Shown here: positions 29,185-36,922 of the stretch, piece after piece
Layout of the letters: the number at the start of each line of letters is the position of its first letter
How positions within the stretch are numbered: position 1 is the first letter of the stretch
Assembly (NCBI GenBank): GCA_964369015.1
Contig: CAYJDS010000001.1
Location: 1-62,760, forward strand
Source: an uncultured Staphylococcaceae bacterium
GTDB lineage: Bacteria > Bacillota_I > Bacilli_A > RFN20 > CAG-826
DNA: 62,760 bases
Direction of reading: 5' to 3'
Translations under genes and position numbers: made by a program
The notes under the pieces: generated by a model
What the model was told of the DNA's origin: nothing
The model's database searches: none
What the model saw: only the letters and a program-made list of their open reading frames with translations

Positions 29185-30122
29185 TACTTCAAACCTCCGA
29201 ATTCTTCGCCATCTTTATAAAATTTTAAGAAATAATCTTGGAGGGTTTCTTTAAGGTGCGTGAATTCTTGGAGCTTATACCTTGTCAGGAGGGCAATTAA
29301 TTCTTTAATATGGTCGTCATTTACTAAAACCACAACTTCACACTTACTTTCGTCACTATCGAGGACTTTAATATATTCAAAAATACGCGCAGCACTATTA
29401 AACTTGCGGTAATTACGAAGATCACTAAACTTTAATAAATAATATTTTTGTTTATCATGTTTTAAGTCATTAGCATTAAAAGTATCAACAATTCGTCCTT
29501 GTTTAATAATACTAATCCGGTCACAAGTTTGATCAACTTCATGAAACATATGACTAGAGAGAAGAATTGTCTTGCCGCGTTTTTTTTCTTCCTTGATAAA
29601 GTCAATGAAAACGTCTTGCATTAAAGGATCTAAGCCTGAGGTCGGTTCGTCAAGAATTAAAATATCGGGATCACTCATAAAGGCAGTAACAATAGCAAGT
29701 TTCCGCTTTGTCCCAAGTGACATTTGTTTTGTTCCACTTTTTAAGTCTAAAGCACTTAATTTGAAAAGTTTACAAAGCATTTCTCGTCTTTTTTTATCAT
29801 GCTTCCCGGTTAGGTCTTCAATCATTTTTAAAAGTTCGTTCCCCGTTAAGCCCGCCGGAAAGGCTAGTTCGCCCGGAATATAGCCAACATTTTGCAGTAA
29901 ACTTGCGTAATGAGTAAAAACTTTCTTCCCATTGATCGTAACCCGCCCTGATTGTGGTTTTGAAAAACCCATTAGATGGCGAATTGTCGTTGTTTTACCA
30001 GAGCCGTTTGGCCCTAAAAACCCAAACGTTTCACCTTGTTAAATTTCAAAAGAAATATTAAAAACACCCCGCCCAAAGCCATAATCTTTAGTGAGGTTAT
30101 CGACGACCACAATTGGTTTCAT
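29184..30122 (-). pseudogene. ABC transporter ATP-binding protein interrupted by one in-frame TAA (codon 28, 30039-30041)
   Basis: Reading from the ATG at 30120-30122 gives MKPIVVVDNLTKDYGFGRGVFNISFEI*QGETFGFLGPNGSGKTTTIRHLMGFSKPQSGR. This is in frame with the listed ORF 29184..29972, which lacks a Walker A. Confidence 0.8.
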
Positions 30123-30186
30123 TTACTATTCCCCCTCTTGGCTAATGTGGTCACTACAAAGAGACTATTTTTTTACCACTTAATTT

Positions 30187-30216
30187 ATTATAGAGTAGGC
30201 TGACCGCTAATGTCAA
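30187..30216 (-). promoter_or_regulatory. Consensus sigma-70-type promoter: TTGACA, 18 nt, TATAAT
   Basis: Hexamers on the minus strand at 30211-30216 and 30187-30192, about 65 nt upstream of the ATG at 30122. Confidence 0.55.
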
Positions 30217-30336
30217 ATTAAGGTCCATTTAATTACCATTAATTAAAAATAACCGCTTTTTTCCAGTAAAAAAACGCAAAAACAGTAAAAATTTCTTAAA
30301 AGTAAAAAACACGCCTTTTGCGCATTTTTCGTCTAA

Positions 30337-30510
30337 CTACTTTGATAATTCGTCGTCAGTTTTTGGTTCAATCTTTGCGCAATAGGAATCGCACCCTTTT
30401 GCGTAAGAACAACCACTGCATGAACTATTTTTCTTGCGAAAACGAAAGAAAATAATCAGCGCGGCAATAAGCACGACAACGACAACAATGACGATATCTG
30501 CTGGACTCAT
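30337..30510 (-). CDS. FeoB-associated Cys-rich small membrane protein (57 aa; not in the ORF track)
   Basis: Translation MSPADIVIVVVVVLIAALIIFFRFRKKNSSCSGCSYAKGCDSYCAKIEPKTDDELSK. One TM plus a CxxC-rich tail. ATGA overlap with the feoB stop. Confidence 0.7.
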   Translation of the reverse strand: MSPADIVIVVVVVLIAALIIFFRFRKKNSSCSGCSYAKGCDSYCAKIEPKTDDELSK

Positions 30511-32489
30511 AATATCACCTCAATTAAATGACCGATTTGGTAGATTAACACTGCTAAAACATAAGCAACACCAGTTTGGAATAAAACTGCCTTAAGCATT
30601 CTTTTACTACTTCCTAATTCTTGTTTCATTGCCCCTATTGCGCCAAAACAAGGCGCGCTGAATAAATTAAAGACCATAAAGGCATAAGCGGAAGCATTAG
30701 TGAAAAAACTAAAAATTTGGGCACTAAAGATTAAGTCTCCCGAATCAACTTCAGGCGAGAAACCAGCAATAACCGCCATTGAACCAACGACTTGTTCTTT
30801 AGCAATTAGACCTTGGATAATTGATACTGATGCCGCCCAGCTCATTTCCCCAAGCATTGGGTAAAAGACCCAGGAGAAAGCGCGCCCAATGCCACTAAGC
30901 ATACTTTCATTAATATCAACACCGTAAGTAAACCGCCAGTTAAAGCTAATTAAAACCCAAATTGCGATTGATAAAAGTAAAATAATTGACCCAGCGCGAG
31001 TAATAAAAGCAATGGTTTTATCAAAAGTGTCACGAAGAACGTAACCCATATCAGGCGTTTTATAAGTTGGTAGTTCTTGAATAAAGGAAGAATGTTGTCC
31101 TTTAAAGAGAAATTTTTTAAGTAAAAAGGCCGAGACTAAAATAACAATAATTGCGAGGAAATAAAGTGAAGCACTAATTAAACCTGATTGACTAGGGAAG
31201 AAATAACCAGCAAAAAGGGTAATAATGGGCAGTTTAGCACTACAAGGAATAAACGGAGTTAATAAAATTGACATTTTCTTTTCGTTTTCGTCATGAATTG
31301 TCCGCGTTGCCATAATTGCCGGCACACTACAGCCACTGCCAATAATAAACGGGATTAATGACTTTCCGCTTAAACCAACTTTTTGGAAAATACGATCGAG
31401 GACAAAAGCAATGCGTGACATGTAGCCACTTGCTTCTAAGAGTGCAATAAAGAAGAAAAGCAAGATTAACTGTGGTAAGAAGTTAAGAACCGCCCCAACT
31501 CCGGTAATAATACCATCGACCACTAAGCTATTGGCCCAATCACTCGCCCCGACTTTAGTTAATGATTCCGCAGTCCACTCTTTAAACAAACTAATTAAAT
31601 TATCAACTTGTTCGGTCAAAAATTGTCCCACGGGACCGGCAGAAATAAAGTAGATTAAAAACATAATGACAATGAAAATTGGGATTGCAAACCACTTGTT
31701 TAACAATACTTTATCAATCTTTTCCGTAGTAGTCTTCGGTGCTTTAATTGATGAGAGTGTTGCGTCACGAATACTTTCAACATAACTATAGCGTTCATTA
31801 GCGAACACTTGATTAATATCTTTGCCGTACTCTTTTTCAATTTCACTGCGCACTTCTACGACTTGTGAATCGTCTCTTAACTCAAAAAGATCATCATTTT
31901 CAAGGGCCTTGACTGCAATAAAGTTTCGTTCTTGAAAATTAATGTTTTTTGTTAAATAATCGAGTCTTTTTTGAATAAAATCTCCATATATTTGCGGGTA
32001 ATTATTTGCTCTACTTTCGTTTTTATTGATTGTTAAAATTAAGTCCTTGATTCCGGTTTTCTTTAAGGCACTGATCGGGATAATGGTGGTGTCTAAGCGT
32101 TCACTCAACTTTTCAGTATCGATTTGAATCCCGTTTTCAAATGCCAAGTCACTCATGTTTAGTGCAATAATCATTGGAATCTTAAATTCTAATAATTGCG
32201 TTGTTAAGTAAAGACTGCGCTCGATTGCGGTTGAGTCGACAATATTAATAATTAAGTCAACATGTTCTTCAAGTAAAAACTTGCGGACAATCTTTTCTTC
32301 TTCACTATAGGGGGCAAGTGAATAAATGCCCGGGAGGTCAATAATTTCATGTTTCGTTGTCCGGAGAATTCCGACCTTCTTTTCTAAGGTTACTCCTGGC
32401 CAGTTACCAATCTTTTGGTTGTAACCAGTAAGGTGATTAAAAAGCGTTGTTTTGCCGCTGTTTTGGTTCCCAATTAATGCAATTCTCAT
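30507..32489 (-). CDS. feoB: Ferrous iron transporter FeoB
   Basis: N-terminal G-domain GNQNSGKTTLFN and DLPG, followed by a polytopic membrane domain. Confidence 0.95.
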   Translation of the reverse strand: MRIALIGNQNSGKTTLFNHLTGYNQKIGNWPGVTLEKKVGILRTTKHEIIDLPGIYSLAPYSEEEKIVRKFLLEEHVDLIINIVDSTAIERSLYLTTQLLEFKIPMIIALNMSDLAFENGIQIDTEKLSERLDTTIIPISALKKTGIKDLILTINKNESRANNYPQIYGDFIQKRLDYLTKNINFQERNFIAVKALENDDLFELRDDSQVVEVRSEIEKEYGKDINQVFANERYSYVESIRDATLSSIKAPKTTTEKIDKVLLNKWFAIPIFIVIMFLIYFISAGPVGQFLTEQVDNLISLFKEWTAESLTKVGASDWANSLVVDGIITGVGAVLNFLPQLILLFFFIALLEASGYMSRIAFVLDRIFQKVGLSGKSLIPFIIGSGCSVPAIMATRTIHDENEKKMSILLTPFIPCSAKLPIITLFAGYFFPSQSGLISASLYFLAIIVILVSAFLLKKFLFKGQHSSFIQELPTYKTPDMGYVLRDTFDKTIAFITRAGSIILLLSIAIWVLISFNWRFTYGVDINESMLSGIGRAFSWVFYPMLGEMSWAASVSIIQGLIAKEQVVGSMAVIAGFSPEVDSGDLIFSAQIFSFFTNASAYAFMVFNLFSAPCFGAIGAMKQELGSSKRMLKAVLFQTGVAYVLAVLIYQIGHLIEVIL

Positions 32490-32737
32490 GTAATTACCTC
32501 AACTTGGACTAACTTAACTTCGCTTCTGCGCACAAGGAGTGAATACCCCCGTAGTGCTAAACAAATAGGATCACCAAGCGGGGCAACTTTTTCAATCTTG
32601 ACGACCACACCCTCCGTTAAACCCATATCTAAAAGCCGTTGCCGAGAAAGAAGGTCACTACTTTCGATATTTAAAATACGTCCTTTTTGTCCTTTTTTTA
32701 ATTCGGACAAACTATTTATATTCATCGTGCTATGCAT
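32486..32737 (-). CDS. feoA: FeoA
   Basis: Small SH3-like protein (LLDMGLTEGVVVKI...GDPI) overlapping the feoB start. Confidence 0.85.
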   Translation of the reverse strand: MHSTMNINSLSELKKGQKGRILNIESSDLLSRQRLLDMGLTEGVVVKIEKVAPLGDPICLALRGYSLLVRRSEVKLVQVEVIT

Positions 32738-32752
32738 GATTATTTCCTAACT

Positions 32753-32768
32753 AGGTATAAATATACCT
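32753..32768. promoter_or_regulatory. 16-bp palindrome AGGTATA-AA-TATACCT in the feoA leader; candidate metalloregulator operator
   Basis: Perfect 7-2-7 inverted repeat, 16-31 nt upstream of the feoA ATG and downstream of a TATATT -10-like hexamer. Confidence 0.35.
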
Positions 32769-32848
32769 CCTTTAATATACACGGCAAAAGTCCAATAAGA
32801 AAGTGATGTTATAAAAAAATCACTACCGAGTAGTGATTAATTGCTGAA

Positions 32849-32924
32849 TGGTGGATGCTGAGGGGATCGAACCCCCGACCTTCTGTACGTCAAACAGATG
32901 CTCTCCCAGCTGAGCTAAACATCC
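32849..32924 (-). tRNA. tRNA-Val (anticodon GAC), CCA encoded
   Basis: Reverse complement GGATGTTTAGCTCAGCTGGGAGAGCATCTGTTTGACGTACAGAAGGTCGGGGGTTCGATCCCCTCAGCATCCACCA. Anticodon loop TTGACGT. Confidence 0.9.
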
Positions 32925-33010
32925 AGCGAAATTAAGTTTAAAAGAATCCTTTCGGTTTGTCAAATGTTTTAATTGCGAAAATTAGTGCAAATTTTAGGAA
33001 AAAGTAATCT

Positions 33011-33041
33011 AAAAAACCCTAGTTACTAAGTTTCGCTAGGG
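33011..33041 (-). terminator. Terminator after dps
   Basis: CCCTAG / CTAGGG stem, followed on the minus strand by T6. Confidence 0.6.
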
Positions 33042-33055
33042 TTTAATTATTATAG

Positions 33056-33493
33056 TTATTCCGCTAAAGTGAACGTAAGCATCCAAATGTGCTTATCAAA
33101 GCTTGTAAGAGCACCAATTAACATATCAACACTAACTTCGTCGCCTGCTTCTTGGGCAACAGGAATTAAGTCATTGAATTCACTGCGTAATACTTTAAAG
33201 TCAGCTAAAATGCTTTCAACCATTTCGCGTGAGGATTCTCCGCCTTTTGCTTCACTAAGCGAGGTAAGCGCTAAGTATTCTTTTAAAGTTGATGCTGGTT
33301 TAGCGCCAATCATTAACATCCGTTCTGCTACTTCGTCATATAGTTCATTAATTTCATCATAGAATTCTTCAAACTTTACATGAAGATTGTAGAATTGACT
33401 TCCTTTCACAAACCAGTGATGGTGATGAAGTTTAACAAAAAACACTGAGAGATTAGCAACTTGCTTATTTAAACCTTTTTCTAATTTTGACAT
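33056..33493 (-). CDS. dps: Dps-family DNA-protecting / ferritin-like protein
   Basis: Start moved to the MSKLEK ATG at 33491-33493 (GGAGGAG RBS). KLHHHHWFVKG and ferroxidase-site-like residues. Confidence 0.85.
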   Translation of the reverse strand: MSKLEKGLNKQVANLSVFFVKLHHHHWFVKGSQFYNLHVKFEEFYDEINELYDEVAERMLMIGAKPASTLKEYLALTSLSEAKGGESSREMVESILADFKVLRSEFNDLIPVAQEAGDEVSVDMLIGALTSFDKHIWMLTFTLAE

Positions 33494-33663
33494 AATATTT
33501 CTCCTCCTTTCATTACTTATTATAACACTATTATCCTTCTTTTTCTGAAAGCACGCCCATAAAAATGAAGAAGATAATGAAGGATTAACTATCATCTTTA
33601 AAGAAAGCAAAATTAAAGAAACTAAAGAAACCGTTAGAAACGTAAAATAAGCAAGCGTTGCTC

Positions 33664-33691
33664 TTGACTATTTAATTAAGAAGACTATAAT
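33664..33691 (+). promoter_or_regulatory. Near-consensus promoter TTGACT, 16 nt, TATAAT
   Basis: Hexamers at 33664-33669 and 33686-33691. Confidence 0.55.
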
Positions 33692-33757
33692 CTTGTTGCA
33701 AGTTAAGAAACTAACTTGTCTCCCTCCGGCCAAATTACTTATAAGGAGGTACTAAGA

Positions 33758-33820
33758 ATGAAGAAATTCTTAAACAAATTAGCGAAGATACTTATTGATC
33801 AAGTATTATTCACTAACTAA
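33758..33820 (+). CDS. 20-codon micro-ORF MKKFLNKLAKILIDQVLFTN
   Basis: AAGGAGG 9 nt upstream, its own promoter and its own terminators. Coding status is unproven. Confidence 0.35.
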   Translation: MKKFLNKLAKILIDQVLFTN

Positions 33821-33823
33821 CTC

Positions 33824-33879
33824 TAATTTGCTTGTAAAGCAAATTAGGGCCCTGCCAGCCCAAGAGGGGCTTTTTTTTA
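33824..33879 (+). terminator. Two consecutive hairpins; the second (AGCCC/GGGCT + T8) is a canonical terminator
   Basis: TAATTTGC / GCAAATTA at 33824-33846. AGCCC-AAGAG-GGGCT at 33857-33871, followed by T8. Confidence 0.6.
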
Positions 33880-33961
33880 TTTTCAAAATCTTCTTCTTAA
33901 TTATTGCGTTAACGATACAAGTTTAAATTATTAATAATAAAATGAATTTGAGGTGATACAT

Positions 33962-34918
33962 ATGAAAAACAAAATATTTAAACCGCTCTTCCTCGCTTCG
34001 CTTCTCCCCGTTCTAGCGGGCTGTTCGGTCCTTAATAACGCCCTCGCTACCGTTGCGCTTAATATGGTCTTTGAGTCGCCCTTACTTTTAAATCACGCTT
34101 CCTTAAGTGACGGCAACTTTGAAATTGAACAATATGAAACACTGCCGACCAGTGAAGCAAGTCGTGCTGATGTGACTTATGGTCTAGAAGCCTTGGCTAT
34201 TCCTGAATACTTAGCGGTTAGTCAAATGGGGTTTAATATTGAAATTGATTTTACCCTTACCTTTAGTGAAGGCGCCCGTGACCTTTTCTATATTGAAAAA
34301 CTTTCGACCGAAGACGCCGCGGAAGAAACACCTGCTGACGCAGTCATGCAAATTCTTTATCCAATTGGCAGTCAAGACGAACCTGAATCAATGGAACAAA
34401 TTGCCGACTGGGTAAGTATTGAGCGCCTCCTCGACTTAAAAAAAGAAGTAAGTAAGGATATTTCAATTACAATTACTGGTACTTCTGGCACTAAAACAAA
34501 AAGTAAAGTCGTTTATTTTAATTTAAATAGTGACGGGATTACTGTTCCTGGTGGCGGAGAGATTGACATTGATATTGACTCTGCCCTAATTATGACTGAA
34601 GTCGGAGTGGAAGCTACCCTTGACTTAACACTTACTCCCGCTGAACAAGTAGCAGGGAAAGCATTCGCCCTCCAACTTGTCTGGGGCGACCTTACTTTTG
34701 GTCCAAGCCAAACTGGCACGGCCACGATTAGTATTAAGAACGAAAGTGCCTTGACTAACTACGACTTAACTCTTCCTGCACTTAATGAAATAGAATTGAC
34801 AAGTAACGACACGGTTGGTAGTTATAGCTTTACAATCAAACTTAAAACCGGACAACCAACTCCAACTGCTCCTTTAGTGGTTACAATAGGTGGTATTCTC
34901 ACGCTTCCTGTAGCCTAA
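33962..34918 (+). CDS. Lipoprotein, single-module member of the family also seen at 44216..46987
   Basis: Start at the ATG at 33962 (GAGGTG RBS). Lipobox LAGC. The N-terminus aligns with the 923-aa lipoprotein. Confidence 0.7.
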   Translation: MKNKIFKPLFLASLLPVLAGCSVLNNALATVALNMVFESPLLLNHASLSDGNFEIEQYETLPTSEASRADVTYGLEALAIPEYLAVSQMGFNIEIDFTLTFSEGARDLFYIEKLSTEDAAEETPADAVMQILYPIGSQDEPESMEQIADWVSIERLLDLKKEVSKDISITITGTSGTKTKSKVVYFNLNSDGITVPGGGEIDIDIDSALIMTEVGVEATLDLTLTPAEQVAGKAFALQLVWGDLTFGPSQTGTATISIKNESALTNYDLTLPALNEIELTSNDTVGSYSFTIKLKTGQPTPTAPLVVTIGGILTLPVA

Positions 34919-34948
34919 ACTACAAACTTTTACTACTTTAATAAAATA

Positions 34949-34977
34949 AAGAGAGCAAAAAAGCGCTCTCTTTTTTA
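34949..34977 (+). terminator. Rho-independent terminator
   Basis: GAGAGC / GCTCTC stem followed by T6. Confidence 0.65.
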
Positions 34978-35047
34978 TTTCCACTTGTTTTTTAAAAAAT
35001 AAATGTATTATATAAGTTAACTATTTATTAAAGGAGACTACATATTA

Positions 35048-36871
35048 ATGAAGAAAAGATTATTAACCTTACCTTTGCTTACTTTAGCATTGGTGCTATC
35101 TGGTTGTAAAACATCCTCAGAATCTGGATCGAGTGATTCTTCCAACCCCTCTGAATCAACGGGAACCAGTGAATCAAGCAGTTCCTCAAACACAGACGGA
35201 ACAACTGATCCATATTTAGCCGAAGCAGAAGAAATGTTGCTTGACTTTGGCTATCTTAAATCCGCTAGTTGGCCAAGTTCCCAAATTGCTTCTTTCCTCA
35301 CCACAAACGGCATTAGTGAAAGTGTTCCAACTCTTTCCACTAAAACACCAGTATTCTATGATCTCTATGCTGACGAAGATAGCGGTGCAGTTATTTTTGA
35401 AATTGCGGTTTTAGACAAAACCACCGCCAGTTTAGACAGTGCCTATAACATCTTAGAATCTGCAAACTGGATAATTTATGACGAAGACGAATTTATGTTT
35501 GATTTTGATAGTCCTTTAGGCGAAATCATTCTCTCCGGCGAAGTATATGAAGGAGACGATGATTTTCCGGAAGCAACTTACTTCTACATTATGGTTGCTG
35601 AAGGCGATGGTGGCCAGGTTGATCCACCGGCGGACGCTGAAGAAATGTTACTTGATTTTGGTTACATTAAAGTTACCAGCTGGCCAAGTGCATTGATTAC
35701 TTCTTTCCTTAGTGAAAATGGCGTAAGTGAGACGGTACCAACCCTTTCTACAAAGACCCCTTTCTTTTATGATGTTTATAGTGACGAAGATAGCGGCGCA
35801 GTTATTTTTGAAATTGCAGTCTTAGACACCACCGCTGCCAGTTTAAACGGTGCTTATGACATCTTAGAAGCAGCGGGTTGGGAAATTTATTACGAAGAAG
35901 ACATCTATTTTGATTTTGATAGCCCACTAGGCGAAATTATTCTTTCAGGCGAAGTTTATGAAGGCGACGAGATTTTCCCGGAAGCAACTTACTTCTACAT
36001 TACGGTTGCAGGTGGCGAAGATGGTGGGGATGAAGGCGGAGAATATGAATCCACAATTGGATGGCCAGAGTCCTTCGTTAATGACTATCTTGATTCATAC
36101 GAAGTTACTTCTTCAGTTCCAAAGTTAGAATTAACCGGCGAAGTTTTATACGCGACCTTTAATGATGACTATTATTTTGATGATGTCTATGAATACATTA
36201 GTCTCTTCCTAGTTGACGAAGATGTTCTTGAATCTTATAAAGCACTTTTAAACGCTGCGGGCTATACAGTTCAAGATGATAGTGAATACGAAGATGCATT
36301 TCAAGCTTATGATGCAAATTTTGAATTAATGATTGACTTCTATTATTACAGTGATGAGGATATTGAAGGAACATTCATTAACATTATTGTCTATGCGGCA
36401 GAAGGCGGAAATGGTGGCGGAGAAGTTACTCCTCCTACTGATCCAGAAAACAGTGCGGTTTTTAGTTTCTTAAACGATACTCAAATCTCTGGTGGTAAAA
36501 ATGTTGACCTAACTACTTGGAAATCAGCTGACTCAACCTTTGCAGTCGCTAAAACTGGTGCTAACGAAAACGTTGGCAATGGTTCTTACTTTTCAAACCC
36601 ACTTCGAATTTACGGAAAGCAAACTGTAACAATTACCGCTGGTGGCGATAAACTAATTGAACAAATTACTTTTACAATCAGTGTTATAAATGATTCCGGT
36701 AAGGATTCAATAGACACCTTAATTGAACTTCTTTCTGAAAGTGCAAATTATACTTCCACTCCATCGTCAGTTACTTTTGCTTTTGCCTCACCAGTTGCAA
36801 GTGTTTCATTTCAAACACCCAGACAATTCCGTCTTGACAGCTTAACTCTTTATTTTGTCTCAGCAGAATAA
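35048..36871 (+). CDS. Acidic lipoprotein with Ser-rich linker and three ~137-aa repeats
   Basis: Lipobox LSGC. SSESGSSDSSNPSES linker. Repeats start at AEEMLLDFGY. Confidence 0.75.
   Translation: MKKRLLTLPLLTLALVLSGCKTSSESGSSDSSNPSESTGTSESSSSSNTDGTTDPYLAEAEEMLLDFGYLKSASWPSSQIASFLTTNGISESVPTLSTKTPVFYDLYADEDSGAVIFEIAVLDKTTASLDSAYNILESANWIIYDEDEFMFDFDSPLGEIILSGEVYEGDDDFPEATYFYIMVAEGDGGQVDPPADAEEMLLDFGYIKVTSWPSALITSFLSENGVSETVPTLSTKTPFFYDVYSDEDSGAVIFEIAVLDTTAASLNGAYDILEAAGWEIYYEEDIYFDFDSPLGEIILSGEVYEGDEIFPEATYFYITVAGGEDGGDEGGEYESTIGWPESFVNDYLDSYEVTSSVPKLELTGEVLYATFNDDYYFDDVYEYISLFLVDEDVLESYKALLNAAGYTVQDDSEYEDAFQAYDANFELMIDFYYYSDEDIEGTFINIIVYAAEGGNGGGEVTPPTDPENSAVFSFLNDTQISGGKNVDLTTWKSADSTFAVAKTGANENVGNGSYFSNPLRIYGKQTVTITAGGDKLIEQITFTISVINDSGKDSIDTLIELLSESANYTSTPSSVTFAFASPVASVSFQTPRQFRLDSLTLYFVSAE
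35225..36046 (+). repeat. Tandem in-frame duplication, period 411 bp (2 well-conserved copies; a third degenerate copy follows)
   Basis: GCAGAAGAAATG at 35225 and GCTGAAGAAATG at 35636. The protein copies are highly similar along their length. Confidence 0.85.
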
Positions 36872-36892
36872 AAGATAATTATTTATTAATCC

Positions 36893-36922
36893 AAAGGATC
36901 TCACATCAAAGGGATCCTTTTT
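36893..36922. terminator. Bidirectional terminator between convergent genes
   Basis: AAGGATC / GATCCTT stem flanked by an A-run and a T-run. Confidence 0.6.
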
